Positions 12,686 through 22,721 of a stretch of 64,000 nt of DNA are shown piece by piece; position 1 is the first letter of the stretch; each line of letters opens with the position of its first letter. The position numbers and the translations under genes were made by a program. The notes beneath the pieces are model-generated. The model searched no databases. It was not told where the DNA came from and was given only the letters and a program-made list of their open reading frames with translations. The stretch is from Thermoproteota archaeon (GTDB taxonomy: Archaea; Korarchaeota; Korarchaeia; Korarchaeales; Korarchaeaceae), in the NCBI GenBank assembly GCA_027491735.1, contig JAOZGP010000006.1, positions 57,066-121,065 of the forward strand, in the 5' to 3' direction.

Positions 12686-13729
12686 CTAAACCCCCAAGAA
12701 GCACAAACCGTAACCCAACCTCGTAAGTTCCCCGATCTTTAGATATGGCTGATCGAGATAAATCTCTCCATCGAATTCAACGAAGTAAATGGAACCGGGA
12801 GGAATTGCGTATCTCGTCGGCTTTGGTTTATTTTCTGCATAATCCCAGCCGCTGAAGGTTAGAGGCTTTCCTATAAGTGGATAAATCGCCTTTATTCCTA
12901 TTTTCAGCCTATCTTTGAGTTTATGCTCGATATCCCACATGCACTTATTCAATCTCTTAACAAGCGTGGGAGTTGCAACGTAGAGCTTAAATCTTCCACT
13001 TTCGTTTATATTTTCCAAAATTTCATCCCAAGCGTTCCTTAACTTCTCTATTGGATCTGAATTTTCGATTTCAATTCTTGCGAATCTGCTCTCCCCTCCA
13101 AGCCTTATCAGCCCATTTCTTAAATACTTCTTAACATTATCAGCCCCTTCACCAATCCATACGGAAATTTCAGCATTACCCCTAAGCCTGAGAAATCCCG
13201 CTTTATAGAAGAAATGCTCCTCCGTAACCTTCGCATCGCTCAACTTTATTCCCACCCTGCTCTCTTTAACGAACATATCGTCTCTGATTATTTCTTCGAG
13301 CTCTTCCTCCTCAATCTCTCCTTTGAGATAGTCCACGATGTTTTTGTAGCTAACAAAACCTCCAACGCTCTCGAAGTGTATGTGCTTGCCTTTGAACACG
13401 AACTGGCCATTTTGTAGCTGTAAAGGTTCAACAAGGAAGTATCCCTCTACACCTTTCGTCTTTACTATGTCGAGCGGTGTGGAGAAATATTCTTGCCCGT
13501 CGTAAAGAAAGCTACCTAATACCTGGAACTCGGGTTCGTCTTGCTTGTAACCTACCAATTTTTTAGCTTCATCGGAGAAACCCGAGCTGAAAAGTACTGC
13601 GCTCCTCAAAGCCCCCGCCACCGCTTGAGGTAAAGGCAGGGTGCTTCTCGCTAAATGTGACTCTCCAGCCGTAAAGGATTTCGATTCCCTAAACATCAGA
13701 ACGTCGTTAGGCTTCAGCAATATTCTCAT
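12686..13729 (-). CDS. cmr3: Type III-B Cmr3 (Cas5 group)
   Basis: PNDVLMFRESKSF, PLPQAVAGALR, LGGESRF, AIPPGSIYF, LGYG. Confidence 0.95.
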   Translation of the reverse strand: MRILLKPNDVLMFRESKSFTAGESHLARSTLPLPQAVAGALRSAVLFSSGFSDEAKKLVGYKQDEPEFQVLGSFLYDGQEYFSTPLDIVKTKGVEGYFLVEPLQLQNGQFVFKGKHIHFESVGGFVSYKNIVDYLKGEIEEEELEEIIRDDMFVKESRVGIKLSDAKVTEEHFFYKAGFLRLRGNAEISVWIGEGADNVKKYLRNGLIRLGGESRFARIEIENSDPIEKLRNAWDEILENINESGRFKLYVATPTLVKRLNKCMWDIEHKLKDRLKIGIKAIYPLIGKPLTFSGWDYAENKPKPTRYAIPPGSIYFVEFDGEIYLDQPYLKIGELTRLGYGLCFLGV

Positions 13730-13734
13730 GCTAA

Positions 13735-16700
13735 TCACCCGTAACAATCTCTAAGGATTTTGAGCAGGATAAACAACCCCCTAACTTGCTTCCTCAAAAT
13801 TAGACCGTATAATTCCCCTCCTTTATTGCAATCGAGTTTGAACAATTCCGAAAGCCCGTCCACTGAAAGCTCATTTTTAGAAATCAGCTTGTTAATCTCT
13901 TCATTCAAACGGTTTAGCTTGACCTTGGACAGATCGATCAGACCTTCGAGATCGTTCGAACTCAGCGAAATTCTTACTCCTTTCGCGAGCTTTAGGATTT
14001 TTTCGGACAAATCTTCAGCTTTCTTTTTCTTGTTTTCTCCCTCGTAATGTCTTAACAGTTCAAACTTGAGGTAGGCTTTGATTGCGTTTTCATCTCTTGG
14101 TAGATTTTCAATGTTCTCAATAACATCGTAGATAAATCTTCCCGAAATCCTCGGCCTTTCTTCGCTTAAAATCAATTCCACGATTTCTTCAAGCTCCGGA
14201 ATTATATTCCAGTTAAAAACTACTTCGTAATAGCTACCGCCTCTCGTTAGGTAGCCTACGGCTACAGCATTCCTACCCATTCCTTTTGCCTTTCTTTCGA
14301 GCTCCCTAACCCTATCCAACGCATCGTATAGCGGATGCTTGTAGTGGACGATTAGGATTCCAGCGCTCATCGTCTTAGCGGGCAAAACGTTCCAGCCATC
14401 CCAATTATCGTTAAACTTCTTCTGAATTTCATTTGCACAAATCAAAGCTGAATCTATAGGCAGTAAGGCTAAAACGTCGTCTCCTCCTGCATAAATTAGC
14501 TCACCCCTATGATTTTTCACGATATCGGGAACTATGTTTATCGAGAAATGTGCGAGAGCTCTGCTTATTGCCGAGTGGGTTGCCGGCGTAATTAGCCTGT
14601 TCACTTTTCTGATTTTTTCTCTGAGTTTGTCAGGAAGTTGATCTACAACATTGGGATGCAGATAACAGTCAACTGTTCCCATCTCATCTCCAATCAGCAT
14701 TCTGCCCATGTTATCTCCGTCCATCATCAGGATTGCGTAGTATTTTTCTGGCTCACCATGTTCATCGTGTAGCTCTTTTACTATCCTCTTTGGTTCTTCA
14801 AGATCAATCTCGGAAACATCTATTCCAAAGTTCTCCTTTATATATTTTGCATTCCAATTCTCAATGTAAAGTAATTCAGGATTAACAAGATTGTTATCTC
14901 TTATGAGATATTTCAGCTTATTATGTCTTTTAAGAGTATTCACAAGCTTATTATAAAATTCTGATTCTTTGGCAAGTTTTAACCATTCGTTTTTCCTTAA
15001 AGCAACCTCTGAAACTGATTCGAACCCAGCCTCTATATCCCAATCTTTCTTTTCTTTGAACCACTCATGATAGAACCTCTTAGCCAAACAAACCGGACAG
15101 AGGTGTTCATTACTCTTGAACATCAACGGATTTTTGCTAGCTATTTCTAACCACAGAGCTTTCATTAGTGCGTAGTTTTTACCTCCAATTGCCTCGATTT
15201 CTCCGCAAAGAGAACACTTGTAGGCGTTAGAGCCTTCAAGTTTCTCGAATTTTCTCGACTCTATTGCAATGATTTCCTCCAAAAGTTCGAACATCAGAGA
15301 ATATAAGTCAAATATTCTTGCTGGATAGGCTCCAAAAGACCTCAGCAAATCCAGCCAGTCGAGGTACTTCTTCTCAACATTCTCAGGTAATCCGAGATTT
15401 TTAACGTAGCTCTCTAGCTTTTCGTAACTCTTTCTTATTCTTTCTCTCCAATCTTTCGCTTCGACCTCAAGTTCCTTTTTAGTGAAGGGAACTCTAAATA
15501 TCTCAAGAGTTATATCGAAGTAATTTTCGATTAAGTTGCGGTAGTAATTTTTCAAAGTCTCGAGATTTTTCAGCTCCTCTAAGACCTTTTCGTATTTTTC
15601 ATTTTCCTTGGATTTTTCCTTCAGCTCAATCAATTGGCTCTCAACATTTTTCAAGATTTCATCAATCGTTCTTTCCCAAGCGTAATCGAATAGTTCGATA
15701 ATTTCATTTAAAACGGCGTTCTTAACTTTATTTCTGAGATCGTTCAAATCATCATCTACGCCGATTATCGCCAAGAACTTGTTCGGGATGTTCGCAATTT
15801 TCAATTTTTTATTCAAATTTTTCACTTTAACGGCTTCCGGCACATCTTTGAATTTGTCTTCGAACTCTTTATCGAAAAACGGCTGACCTCTGAGATGTGG
15901 AAATATTACGGCATCCGGCCCATACTCTTCAATTATAGCTTTAATAGCTTGAAAAGTCAGATAGCTCAGCATGTGACTTCCAGCCCATAAATCTCTCTCC
16001 TTTCTCGCATTCTTTATGAAGTTTTGGACAGGCGTTAGCTTAAACATCAGTAAAGCCTGCTCATTCTTATTAATGGCTCCAAAGATGGCGGAAGTTGCAT
16101 CTGCATGGTCGAATAGCGTATGATCCGGACTTAACGTGTATGCAGTTAGGTTTAACACATCTTCAGCGATTCTTTCGCAGATTTCGTCGGATTCACAGAG
16201 TTCTTTTAATTTTTCAATCAACTTGATCTTCAAAAGCTCGGGATAAAACCTCCAGATTACGAAATACCTGTCCTTATCGTCGGCAGTAATTGAGATCAAT
16301 TCGTTAAAGGTCTCTTTTTCCGCTTCAAGAATGATCTTCAATATCCTTTCAAATTCACGTTGATATTCTTCGGATTTTTCGTCCTTTGGCAGTATATCTT
16401 TTAAATACTCATACTCCTTAATTTCGCTAGTTATCGGGTGTCTAAATACTGGTTCTCCAACAAAGATAAAATCTTCTCCGTGAATTCTGTAAAAAGTGGA
16501 TGAGAGCCTTTTGCCGTTTATTATTTCAAGATCAATTCTTTGAAGCGAGGATGCAGTTTGATCGGCTAAATGTATGTCAGGTATGCTTGGTAGTTCTCCG
16601 TAAACGTGATATAATTTTTTACTTTCATCATAAAAATATTTTTTAGCTTTTTCGACGTACTTTCTCCAATTCTTTAGTTCCTTTTTTATGTTGGCATCCT

Positions 16701-16833
16701 TGGGAATTGGAGGATCAGAATAAAAGCTAAAATTGCCCAGTAACTCCATTCTGCGTTCCACATGATCTTGTATTCTAATGACTTTGTCGGGAGGGTCGTG
16801 GAGAAAGGCTTTAATCTTATCGCTCCAATTCAT
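13735..16833 (-). CDS. cas10: Cas10/Cmr2 with HD and cyclase palm domains
   Basis: FLHDPPDK, PVQNFIKNARKERDLWAGS, CSLCG...CPVC Zn finger, MDGDNMG and YAGGDD. Confidence 0.97.
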   Translation of the reverse strand: MNWSDKIKAFLHDPPDKVIRIQDHVERRMELLGNFSFYSDPPIPKDANIKKELKNWRKYVEKAKKYFYDESKKLYHVYGELPSIPDIHLADQTASSLQRIDLEIINGKRLSSTFYRIHGEDFIFVGEPVFRHPITSEIKEYEYLKDILPKDEKSEEYQREFERILKIILEAEKETFNELISITADDKDRYFVIWRFYPELLKIKLIEKLKELCESDEICERIAEDVLNLTAYTLSPDHTLFDHADATSAIFGAINKNEQALLMFKLTPVQNFIKNARKERDLWAGSHMLSYLTFQAIKAIIEEYGPDAVIFPHLRGQPFFDKEFEDKFKDVPEAVKVKNLNKKLKIANIPNKFLAIIGVDDDLNDLRNKVKNAVLNEIIELFDYAWERTIDEILKNVESQLIELKEKSKENEKYEKVLEELKNLETLKNYYRNLIENYFDITLEIFRVPFTKKELEVEAKDWRERIRKSYEKLESYVKNLGLPENVEKKYLDWLDLLRSFGAYPARIFDLYSLMFELLEEIIAIESRKFEKLEGSNAYKCSLCGEIEAIGGKNYALMKALWLEIASKNPLMFKSNEHLCPVCLAKRFYHEWFKEKKDWDIEAGFESVSEVALRKNEWLKLAKESEFYNKLVNTLKRHNKLKYLIRDNNLVNPELLYIENWNAKYIKENFGIDVSEIDLEEPKRIVKELHDEHGEPEKYYAILMMDGDNMGRMLIGDEMGTVDCYLHPNVVDQLPDKLREKIRKVNRLITPATHSAISRALAHFSINIVPDIVKNHRGELIYAGGDDVLALLPIDSALICANEIQKKFNDNWDGWNVLPAKTMSAGILIVHYKHPLYDALDRVRELERKAKGMGRNAVAVGYLTRGGSYYEVVFNWNIIPELEEIVELILSEERPRISGRFIYDVIENIENLPRDENAIKAYLKFELLRHYEGENKKKKAEDLSEKILKLAKGVRISLSSNDLEGLIDLSKVKLNRLNEEINKLISKNELSVDGLSELFKLDCNKGGELYGLILRKQVRGLFILLKILRDCYG

Positions 16834-17900
16834 GAAAACACCTCCAATTTTCCAAATACGATTGAATCCCTGAGATTTTCATTGAATTTCCCGATAATCG
16901 ACCAAACGACTAATTCATCGATATCGGAATCTGGATAAAACGGTTTAGTTTTGAACTTCACTATTTTAACGAAGAGTTCATTACTAATAGGAATCAAGCC
17001 AACTATCACAGGACTCGCCCTCCTTTCACTTCTAATCTTCGGCAATCTATTTCGAATACTTTCTACACCCTTACCACCCAAGTTTATTGGTAAGCCAAAA
17101 ACGATTCTTTCGGGTTTATCTATTTCGTTCCGTCTGAACTTTAGATATTCCCGCTGGAATTGAACCAAAGCTTGAATTGGGTCTCCTCTTTTTGGATCCC
17201 ATAGGGTCACTACAGAAGTGTTCGGACTTAAAACGGGATAGCTAACATTGCTTACGTTGAGCTTGGATTTATTAAGAGTCTGCCCGACTAATTCTACTGC
17301 TCGCTCTATGGAATCTTTCAGCTCACCACGATTTTTAAATTCAGTTTTGAGATCAAGATCGTCAAGCACTTCCAAATCCCCACCGCAAAATCTAATGCTT
17401 CCAGCACCTCTACGAGATCTGAACCCAATACTGCCTAAGGTTACGAGGGTCCAAAACGAGGCTAAGCCAATCCTAAACGATTTCTCATCTAAAGCTTCGA
17501 TTTTCAGGTGGAACTTCGTTCCCGCTGGATAATATTCATCAAACTGATTTTTCCTTGCAAGCAAGTTCACAGAAAACCAAATGTATCTAAGCTGATTGGA
17601 GGGAGATCTTTTATCTATTACCCCCTTTTTAAATAACACTCTTCTCTTTTCACCAACAATCTTGGAAATTTCAACGATCACCCTACTCCTCTGCTTTGTG
17701 CTTCCGAAGACAAACTCTTCGGCTCTTCTCAATCCAACAACATCATTGCCGAAGTAATTTCCAGCTAAAGCCCTGAACCACCATCTCATCAAGCCCTTTA
17801 CAGATGATGCTCTGATCTCAGCTTTAGTCTGATCAGCACCCCTCATGAAAATAGGAGTTATTGCTTCAAGCTCGAATTCAGCCTTGAACATTTTAAACAC
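16830..17900 (-). CDS. cmr1: Type III-B RAMP Cmr1
   Basis: ITPIFMRGA, SVKGLMRWWFRA, GSIGFRSRRGAGS, FGLP, RRASP. Confidence 0.95.
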   Translation of the reverse strand: MFKMFKAEFELEAITPIFMRGADQTKAEIRASSVKGLMRWWFRALAGNYFGNDVVGLRRAEEFVFGSTKQRSRVIVEISKIVGEKRRVLFKKGVIDKRSPSNQLRYIWFSVNLLARKNQFDEYYPAGTKFHLKIEALDEKSFRIGLASFWTLVTLGSIGFRSRRGAGSIRFCGGDLEVLDDLDLKTEFKNRGELKDSIERAVELVGQTLNKSKLNVSNVSYPVLSPNTSVVTLWDPKRGDPIQALVQFQREYLKFRRNEIDKPERIVFGLPINLGGKGVESIRNRLPKIRSERRASPVIVGLIPISNELFVKIVKFKTKPFYPDSDIDELVVWSIIGKFNENLRDSIVFGKLEVFS

Positions 17901-19098
17901 CTTTAAACATTTTAATAACCCTCATATATTCTTTACTCCTTCTTTTCTCGTTTGGTTTTGTGCTGTTTTCAAGCTTTCTGTATGCGTTGTTAATCTCCCT
18001 CAAAAACTCGTACCAACCATCAGCATTACCAAGCACGACGAAGCGGTAAAGTCCATGGATAGCTTTTATGATGTTGCTCGCTTCATCGTATCTATCCACG
18101 TTTTTCAAAGCATCGAAAATAACCCCATCCGGCTTCAGAATCTCCGACAGATTCTTTAAGAACATCTCGGGATCTCTGAAGTGATTTCTAACGATTTCGT
18201 AGAACTCCTGATGTTCTCTATAGATCGTTATCGGTATCTGTTCATAGACCTTATAGGTTTGCCCTTCAGGTGCAATCTTGAAAAGAATCGTCGAAATCTT
18301 GTCTAAATTCTCCTTTTCCATAAGCCTTCTGATTTCAACGTTCAAATACACCTCAAGCAAAATCATCTCGTTCAGTGTCGTTTTACTCAGCACTTCGTTC
18401 AAAATTTTTATTGTTCCGTTCTTCGTTCTGAACAATTTCTTAATAAGTTCTTTGTCTTCAATGTTATTCAGCATGCTCTCTATTTCCTCAGGAGAGAAAG
18501 TCAGGAAGAAATAGTATTGCTGGTTATGCTGTCTTGCGGAAGTTACGAAAGAGGAGTATAAGCCAAGCAGGAAGATTAGCAGTATCTCCTTGGACGTGTA
18601 AATCGTTATCTGCTGTGACGTGTAACCGCTTTCCAGCGAGGATATGCCCGTATATCTGTCAACTTTAAAAAGCTGAGGAGCAGCAATCGGTTTCTTTTTT
18701 CCATTTGCATCAAACATCTCTTTCTCATCGACAATCATATCCTTTCTTTTGAACTCAATTCCCAGCTTTATCGTGTCTTTCGTAACTATCAGCTGATCTG
18801 CATTCGGTTTGAGTTTGGAGATTAGATCGTAGTAAGTCTTTTTACTTTTTTCCGAAATTTTATATGCTTCGAAAATCGTAGCGTTGATGGTATCATTTCC
18901 TGACATTACAACTCTCAGGTTGTTCACTCCCTCATCTTCGAGATTCTTCATCGCGGTTGCGAGGAAGTCGTTCGGTAAATCTATTGAATGACCGTCAAAC
19001 CTCGCTTGAGAAAACTGGGTTGAAAAGAGCAAACCTTCATACAAGATGTTACTGAGAAAGGAGAGGTCTCTCGGCAAAGTTAAGATCACCTTGACCAT
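17893..19098 (-). CDS. cas8a2: Type I-A large subunit Cas8a2 (Csa4)
   Basis: Follows cas5; APQLFKVDRY and EGQTYKVYE motifs typical of Csa4. Confidence 0.8.
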   Translation of the reverse strand: MVKVILTLPRDLSFLSNILYEGLLFSTQFSQARFDGHSIDLPNDFLATAMKNLEDEGVNNLRVVMSGNDTINATIFEAYKISEKSKKTYYDLISKLKPNADQLIVTKDTIKLGIEFKRKDMIVDEKEMFDANGKKKPIAAPQLFKVDRYTGISSLESGYTSQQITIYTSKEILLIFLLGLYSSFVTSARQHNQQYYFFLTFSPEEIESMLNNIEDKELIKKLFRTKNGTIKILNEVLSKTTLNEMILLEVYLNVEIRRLMEKENLDKISTILFKIAPEGQTYKVYEQIPITIYREHQEFYEIVRNHFRDPEMFLKNLSEILKPDGVIFDALKNVDRYDEASNIIKAIHGLYRFVVLGNADGWYEFLREINNAYRKLENSTKPNEKRRSKEYMRVIKMFKGV

Positions 19099-19883
19099 CC
19101 GACCACCACCTCTCCATCGAATTTGTAGGCAACTTTTGTCTCAATCCAACAATGATATTCTTCCTTACTTATGTTCAAAATCGGAACTTTGAAAGGTAGC
19201 AGATTCTTTCCTTCGATGTAATCCTTTACGGGATCGCTAAAGTTGAAAGGATTTATGTAAACTTCATACACCCAATTTCTCGATGTTTCCTCTTTGATAA
19301 TTTCAACGTTGCTCGCTGGAAAGCTGTAAGTCGTTTTTATCTTACCATCAATCTTTTTCGGTTCAAACGATTCAACCTCTGTAACTGAAGTTATGCTTTC
19401 CTTAGATCCGAGCCTGTGAATCTTCCAGAAAATATCATCCTCTATTTCTATTCTCTTTCCGTTAAATTCGATGTTATCATCTTTGAACACCAAAAACCAC
19501 CTGAGCTTTGGAGAATCCTGAAAGCTTGCCAGTATGGTTTTACCTCTCGCCGGAGAATCGAAAGATTTGGCAAGATTTATCGGATTCGGATAGAGCACTC
19601 CAGAAGTTATCTTTACGGCTATAATTCTGTTCAGATCCTCATACTTTATCGGTTTGCAGTTAACTGGCTTAACTCCTATTGCCAGCAGATTCTCGCTCAG
19701 CTTTGCGATGATCTTCCTACCTTCCTCTTCTCCTGTTTTCTTCTCCTTAGCAATGACTTCAGCTAAAGCACCCAAAAAAGTCGTTGGTGGAGGATAGTAA
19801 AAGGATGGAGAAGTCTTTGACAATCCAACTATTCTCGCCTGAAATCCCCAAACGAATTCTGTATCGACTATAAAGCCGATCAT
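19086..19883 (-). CDS. cas5: Type I-A Cas5a
   Basis: WGFQARIVGLSKTSPSFYYPPPTTFLGALA and IHRLGSKES. Confidence 0.93.
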   Translation of the reverse strand: MIGFIVDTEFVWGFQARIVGLSKTSPSFYYPPPTTFLGALAEVIAKEKKTGEEEGRKIIAKLSENLLAIGVKPVNCKPIKYEDLNRIIAVKITSGVLYPNPINLAKSFDSPARGKTILASFQDSPKLRWFLVFKDDNIEFNGKRIEIEDDIFWKIHRLGSKESITSVTEVESFEPKKIDGKIKTTYSFPASNVEIIKEETSRNWVYEVYINPFNFSDPVKDYIEGKNLLPFKVPILNISKEEYHCWIETKVAYKFDGEVVVGWSR

Positions 19884-20953
19884 ATCCTCCTCTCAGCCTC
19901 TTCGATCGCACTCACAACAACTTCTTCGAATTCTCCATCATCTGGGTAGACGAAGAGCTTCGTGCCGTAGTTCACCTTCTGCATCTTCTTTTCAGCCTTC
20001 TCGATGTAGCTCTTTGCAAATGGGCTTGGAACAGTCCACACGTCATCACTGACAGCTATAGCTAAAGACTCCCATTCAACTACTGGTAGAAATCTCGTCT
20101 TCTTTGCTCCAAACAGAAATTCGATTAGGAACTTTTGTAAAGCGTCGAGAGTCGCTTCTATCCTCTTCTTCCTGTCGTTAACCACTTCTTCTCCGGCTCT
20201 ATCGTAAACAAAAGTTGCTCTTCCTATGTATCTTGTATCCAGATCGAAGCTAAAGGTATAGACTGCTGAAGATAGCTCAACGTAGTATATCATCTGTCCA
20301 CGAGCTTCTTCTTCTCCACGAACAAATGGAGTTCCTAAGGCATATCTTGAATGCAACTGTGGTTCAATTACCACGTTTTCAAGAGCCTCCTTCGTCGGAA
20401 TCATGTAGCCAGTGTAAAAGTTGGAGGTTCTTTTGATGTTACTAAAGATAGGTCTAGCTGAAATTTGATTTCGTTGTTTCTCTTTTGATGCTATTCCTTT
20501 CGACTCCAGAATGTCAATATCACTAATACCATTTTCAAACTGTCTTTCACTTTGAGTTTCTGGAGCGTGCAAGAAACCTCCAACATCCTCTATGAAGCAG
20601 TTCCTAATAATAAAAGCCTCTAACTCGAAATCTGAGGATACTCTACCAGTAGATTTTAATTTGTCTCTAAATTGTGATACTAATGTCGCCAAATTTGTGC
20701 TCTTTAGAAATATTCCCTTTTCACACAGCTTACAAACTGGCAATCCATTTTCCTTAGCCTCTTCAGCCAAGACCTCCTGAAATCCATGTGCAATTGATTC
20801 ACCGCTTATCGCTGGAGCAAAATAAGTAGCATAGGTTTCGGGAACTATCACAGGCACTCTTCTGTGCTTTACGTAATTTCCAACACTTTCCGTCATGTTT
20901 AAAGCCTCAACGTTGATCAAAACCCTTCCTCTAATTGAAACGAACATATTCAT
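19880..20953 (-). CDS. cas7: Type I-A Cas7 (Csa2)
   Basis: ALNMTESVGNYVKHR, PAISGESIAH, EDVGGFL, GAKKTRFLP. Confidence 0.96.
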   Translation of the reverse strand: MNMFVSIRGRVLINVEALNMTESVGNYVKHRRVPVIVPETYATYFAPAISGESIAHGFQEVLAEEAKENGLPVCKLCEKGIFLKSTNLATLVSQFRDKLKSTGRVSSDFELEAFIIRNCFIEDVGGFLHAPETQSERQFENGISDIDILESKGIASKEKQRNQISARPIFSNIKRTSNFYTGYMIPTKEALENVVIEPQLHSRYALGTPFVRGEEEARGQMIYYVELSSAVYTFSFDLDTRYIGRATFVYDRAGEEVVNDRKKRIEATLDALQKFLIEFLFGAKKTRFLPVVEWESLAIAVSDDVWTVPSPFAKSYIEKAEKKMQKVNYGTKLFVYPDDGEFEEVVVSAIEEAERRI

Positions 20954-21291
20954 CCCTCCTTCATGAGAGAAGCTGAAATTGAGAGTGCTTTGGCTGAAAT
21001 AAGTGCCGTAATCTCTCTCAGCTTCTTCTTATCCTTTGAATCCAACTTTGCTAACTCCTGAATGCTCCTCTCAACTCTATCGAAGTTGATTTGGTCTGCC
21101 TCCTCCTTAGCTCTGGGGTTTTCCCACCTTTGGCTGTTGATCAGCGAGTGGAGGTCCCTCAAGGCCTCCCTCACGTAATAGACAGCCAGATCCTTGGAGG
21201 GCGCGTAGCCAAGCTTATCGACGTATGTGTAATTACCCTCTTCCGCTATAAGAATGGCTAGAACCTTCGCCAAATCCCTATCGAAGCTCAT
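20950..21291 (-). CDS. csa5: Type I-A small subunit Csa5 (Cas11)
   Basis: YTYVDKLGYAPSKDLAVYYVREALRD; first gene of the operon, before cas7. Confidence 0.85.
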   Translation of the reverse strand: MSFDRDLAKVLAILIAEEGNYTYVDKLGYAPSKDLAVYYVREALRDLHSLINSQRWENPRAKEEADQINFDRVERSIQELAKLDSKDKKKLREITALISAKALSISASLMKEG

Positions 21292-21318
21292 AAAATGACC
21301 CACAAACTCAGATGTACA

Positions 21319-21335
21319 AAAACTTATAAAGTTTT
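21319..21335 (-). promoter_or_regulatory. Putative BRE/TATA of the cas operon inside an inverted repeat
   Basis: AAAACTT-ATA-AAGTTTT; reads AAAACTTTATAAG on the minus strand about 30 bp upstream of the csa5 ATG. Confidence 0.55.
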
Positions 21336-21500
21336 CTCTTTAGCTATTAAGCCAGTCGATGAGATCATTTCTGAGCACTCCAATTTCTTCCAGAACGACC
21401 TGGAGCTGCTGCCTGCTTAAAAGCATCCTTGCTGGCGTGTGGATTGTGGGTAACAAAGATTTTTAAGTAATCACACCCAAGCCCTCTTCGGTGATACCGT

Positions 21501-21752
21501 TTGGGAAATCATGTTATCATAGGTGCGATCCTCCTGCTTATATGCGCTGCATCCATAGCCTACGCTTACGTGGCCTGGAGCAAGGAGTGTGAGGTCAACG
21601 ACATGATCCAGAAGGCAGGGGCTTACATGGACAAGGGGGAATACGACAAGGCGATAGATCTCCTGAAGAAGGTCCTCGAACTTGATCCAAATAATCCCAT
21701 TGCGTATTACGACCTGGCCAGGGTTATCCCAAGGGCTTTGGCGGGGAGCTGA
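21501..21752 (+). CDS. Small membrane-anchored TPR protein, probably truncated
   Basis: N-terminal TM helix, then one TPR (GEYDKAIDLLKKVLELDPNNPIAYYDLA) that ends abruptly. Confidence 0.6.
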   Translation: MGNHVIIGAILLLICAASIAYAYVAWSKECEVNDMIQKAGAYMDKGEYDKAIDLLKKVLELDPNNPIAYYDLARVIPRALAGS

Positions 21753-21849
21753 GGTGCTGTCGTGCTCGGCATAGGCATCTCTGAGCAGATCGGTCCTCAG
21801 AGGCAATCCTCAGCCCTGGAGAGGTGCAGCTGGCACATGGCTGCTCACC

Positions 21850-22590
21850 TCAGGGCAGGGCCTCGACGTAGTCCCTCAGGCTCTTCAGGATCTTCTCATG
21901 CTTCCTCTCGTCGTCAGCTATGCTGTCTATCAGCAGGGTCAGTATCCTGTGAGGGAGGAGCTCCTTGATCTTGTCAAGTCCCTTCGTGTGGAGCAGCCTC
22001 TCCTCCTCCAGGAGCTTGTTCAGGAGCTCCATGTCAGGCACATCTATCCTCATCTCCCCTCCTCTCTCAACGACAGACATCAGCATGAACATTATGTCGG
22101 CGTGTTTCAGACAGTCCCTGGCTATCATCCTGATGAGCATCCTCAGAGGCTGATTTCTGATCTTGGAGGCGATCCTCAGGAACTCCTCGGCTGACCTGTG
22201 CTCAACCTCGAACCTCCTCCTCAGGAGGTTGATCAGCTTTGCAGCCCTCTCCTCCTCCATTATCATAAGATCTCTTCTCTCTCCACTCACCACAGACCCT
22301 CTCTCAATCAGGGAGATTGCAGAGAGAGCTAGATCGTAAAGGGCAGGAAGGTCTATCTTTCCACCCTTGTCAACGGCCAGGTCCGTGAACCTCCTCACAA
22401 GATCCATCGCACCACTCCTCAGGAGGAGCTCAGCCAAATCCCCAGCTCTCTTACCCTCCAAGTACAGGGTTATGGCTGAAGGAGTTAGCCCCAAGATCTC
22501 CGCAGCCTTCTTCCTGCTGAAACCGTGGCGCTCAATGAGATCCCTTGCTATGAGGGCCCTCAAACCTGGAATGACCTCCTCTGGCTTCAC
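21850..22590 (-). CDS. HTH transcriptional regulator fused to a ferritin/rubrerythrin-like domain
   Basis: IPGLRALIARDL...AAEILGLTPSAITLYLEGKRAG is an archaeal HTH. The C-terminal four-helix bundle has EVEH, DCLKH, EEE and DDERKH. Likely start GTG 22590. Confidence 0.85.
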   Translation of the reverse strand: MKPEEVIPGLRALIARDLIERHGFSRKKAAEILGLTPSAITLYLEGKRAGDLAELLLRSGAMDLVRRFTDLAVDKGGKIDLPALYDLALSAISLIERGSVVSGERRDLMIMEEERAAKLINLLRRRFEVEHRSAEEFLRIASKIRNQPLRMLIRMIARDCLKHADIMFMLMSVVERGGEMRIDVPDMELLNKLLEEERLLHTKGLDKIKELLPHRILTLLIDSIADDERKHEKILKSLRDYVEALP

Positions 22591-22651
22591 AAGGTATTTA
22601 TCAGTGTTACCTTTTTTGTTTTTCCCTGAAAGGAATTCGAGCCATCGCACG

Positions 22652-22690
22652 AAAATTACAGAGTTAATTAACAGAGTAATTTTTATATAC
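22652..22690. promoter_or_regulatory. Interrupted palindrome (putative operator) abutting the feoA TATA box
   Basis: AAAATTAC-AGA-GTTAATTAAC-AGA-GTAATTTT (22652-22683) overlaps TTTTATATA at 22681. Confidence 0.7.
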
Positions 22691-22721
22691 AAGCTGCCTT
22701 GCTGAGGAGCTGGTGAGGCGC

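Noticed and set aside
22663-22672. SurR site (GTT-n3-AAC) in the feo promoter
   Set aside because: Spacing here is GTT-n4-AAC; the adjacent HTH-ferritin regulator is a better explanation.
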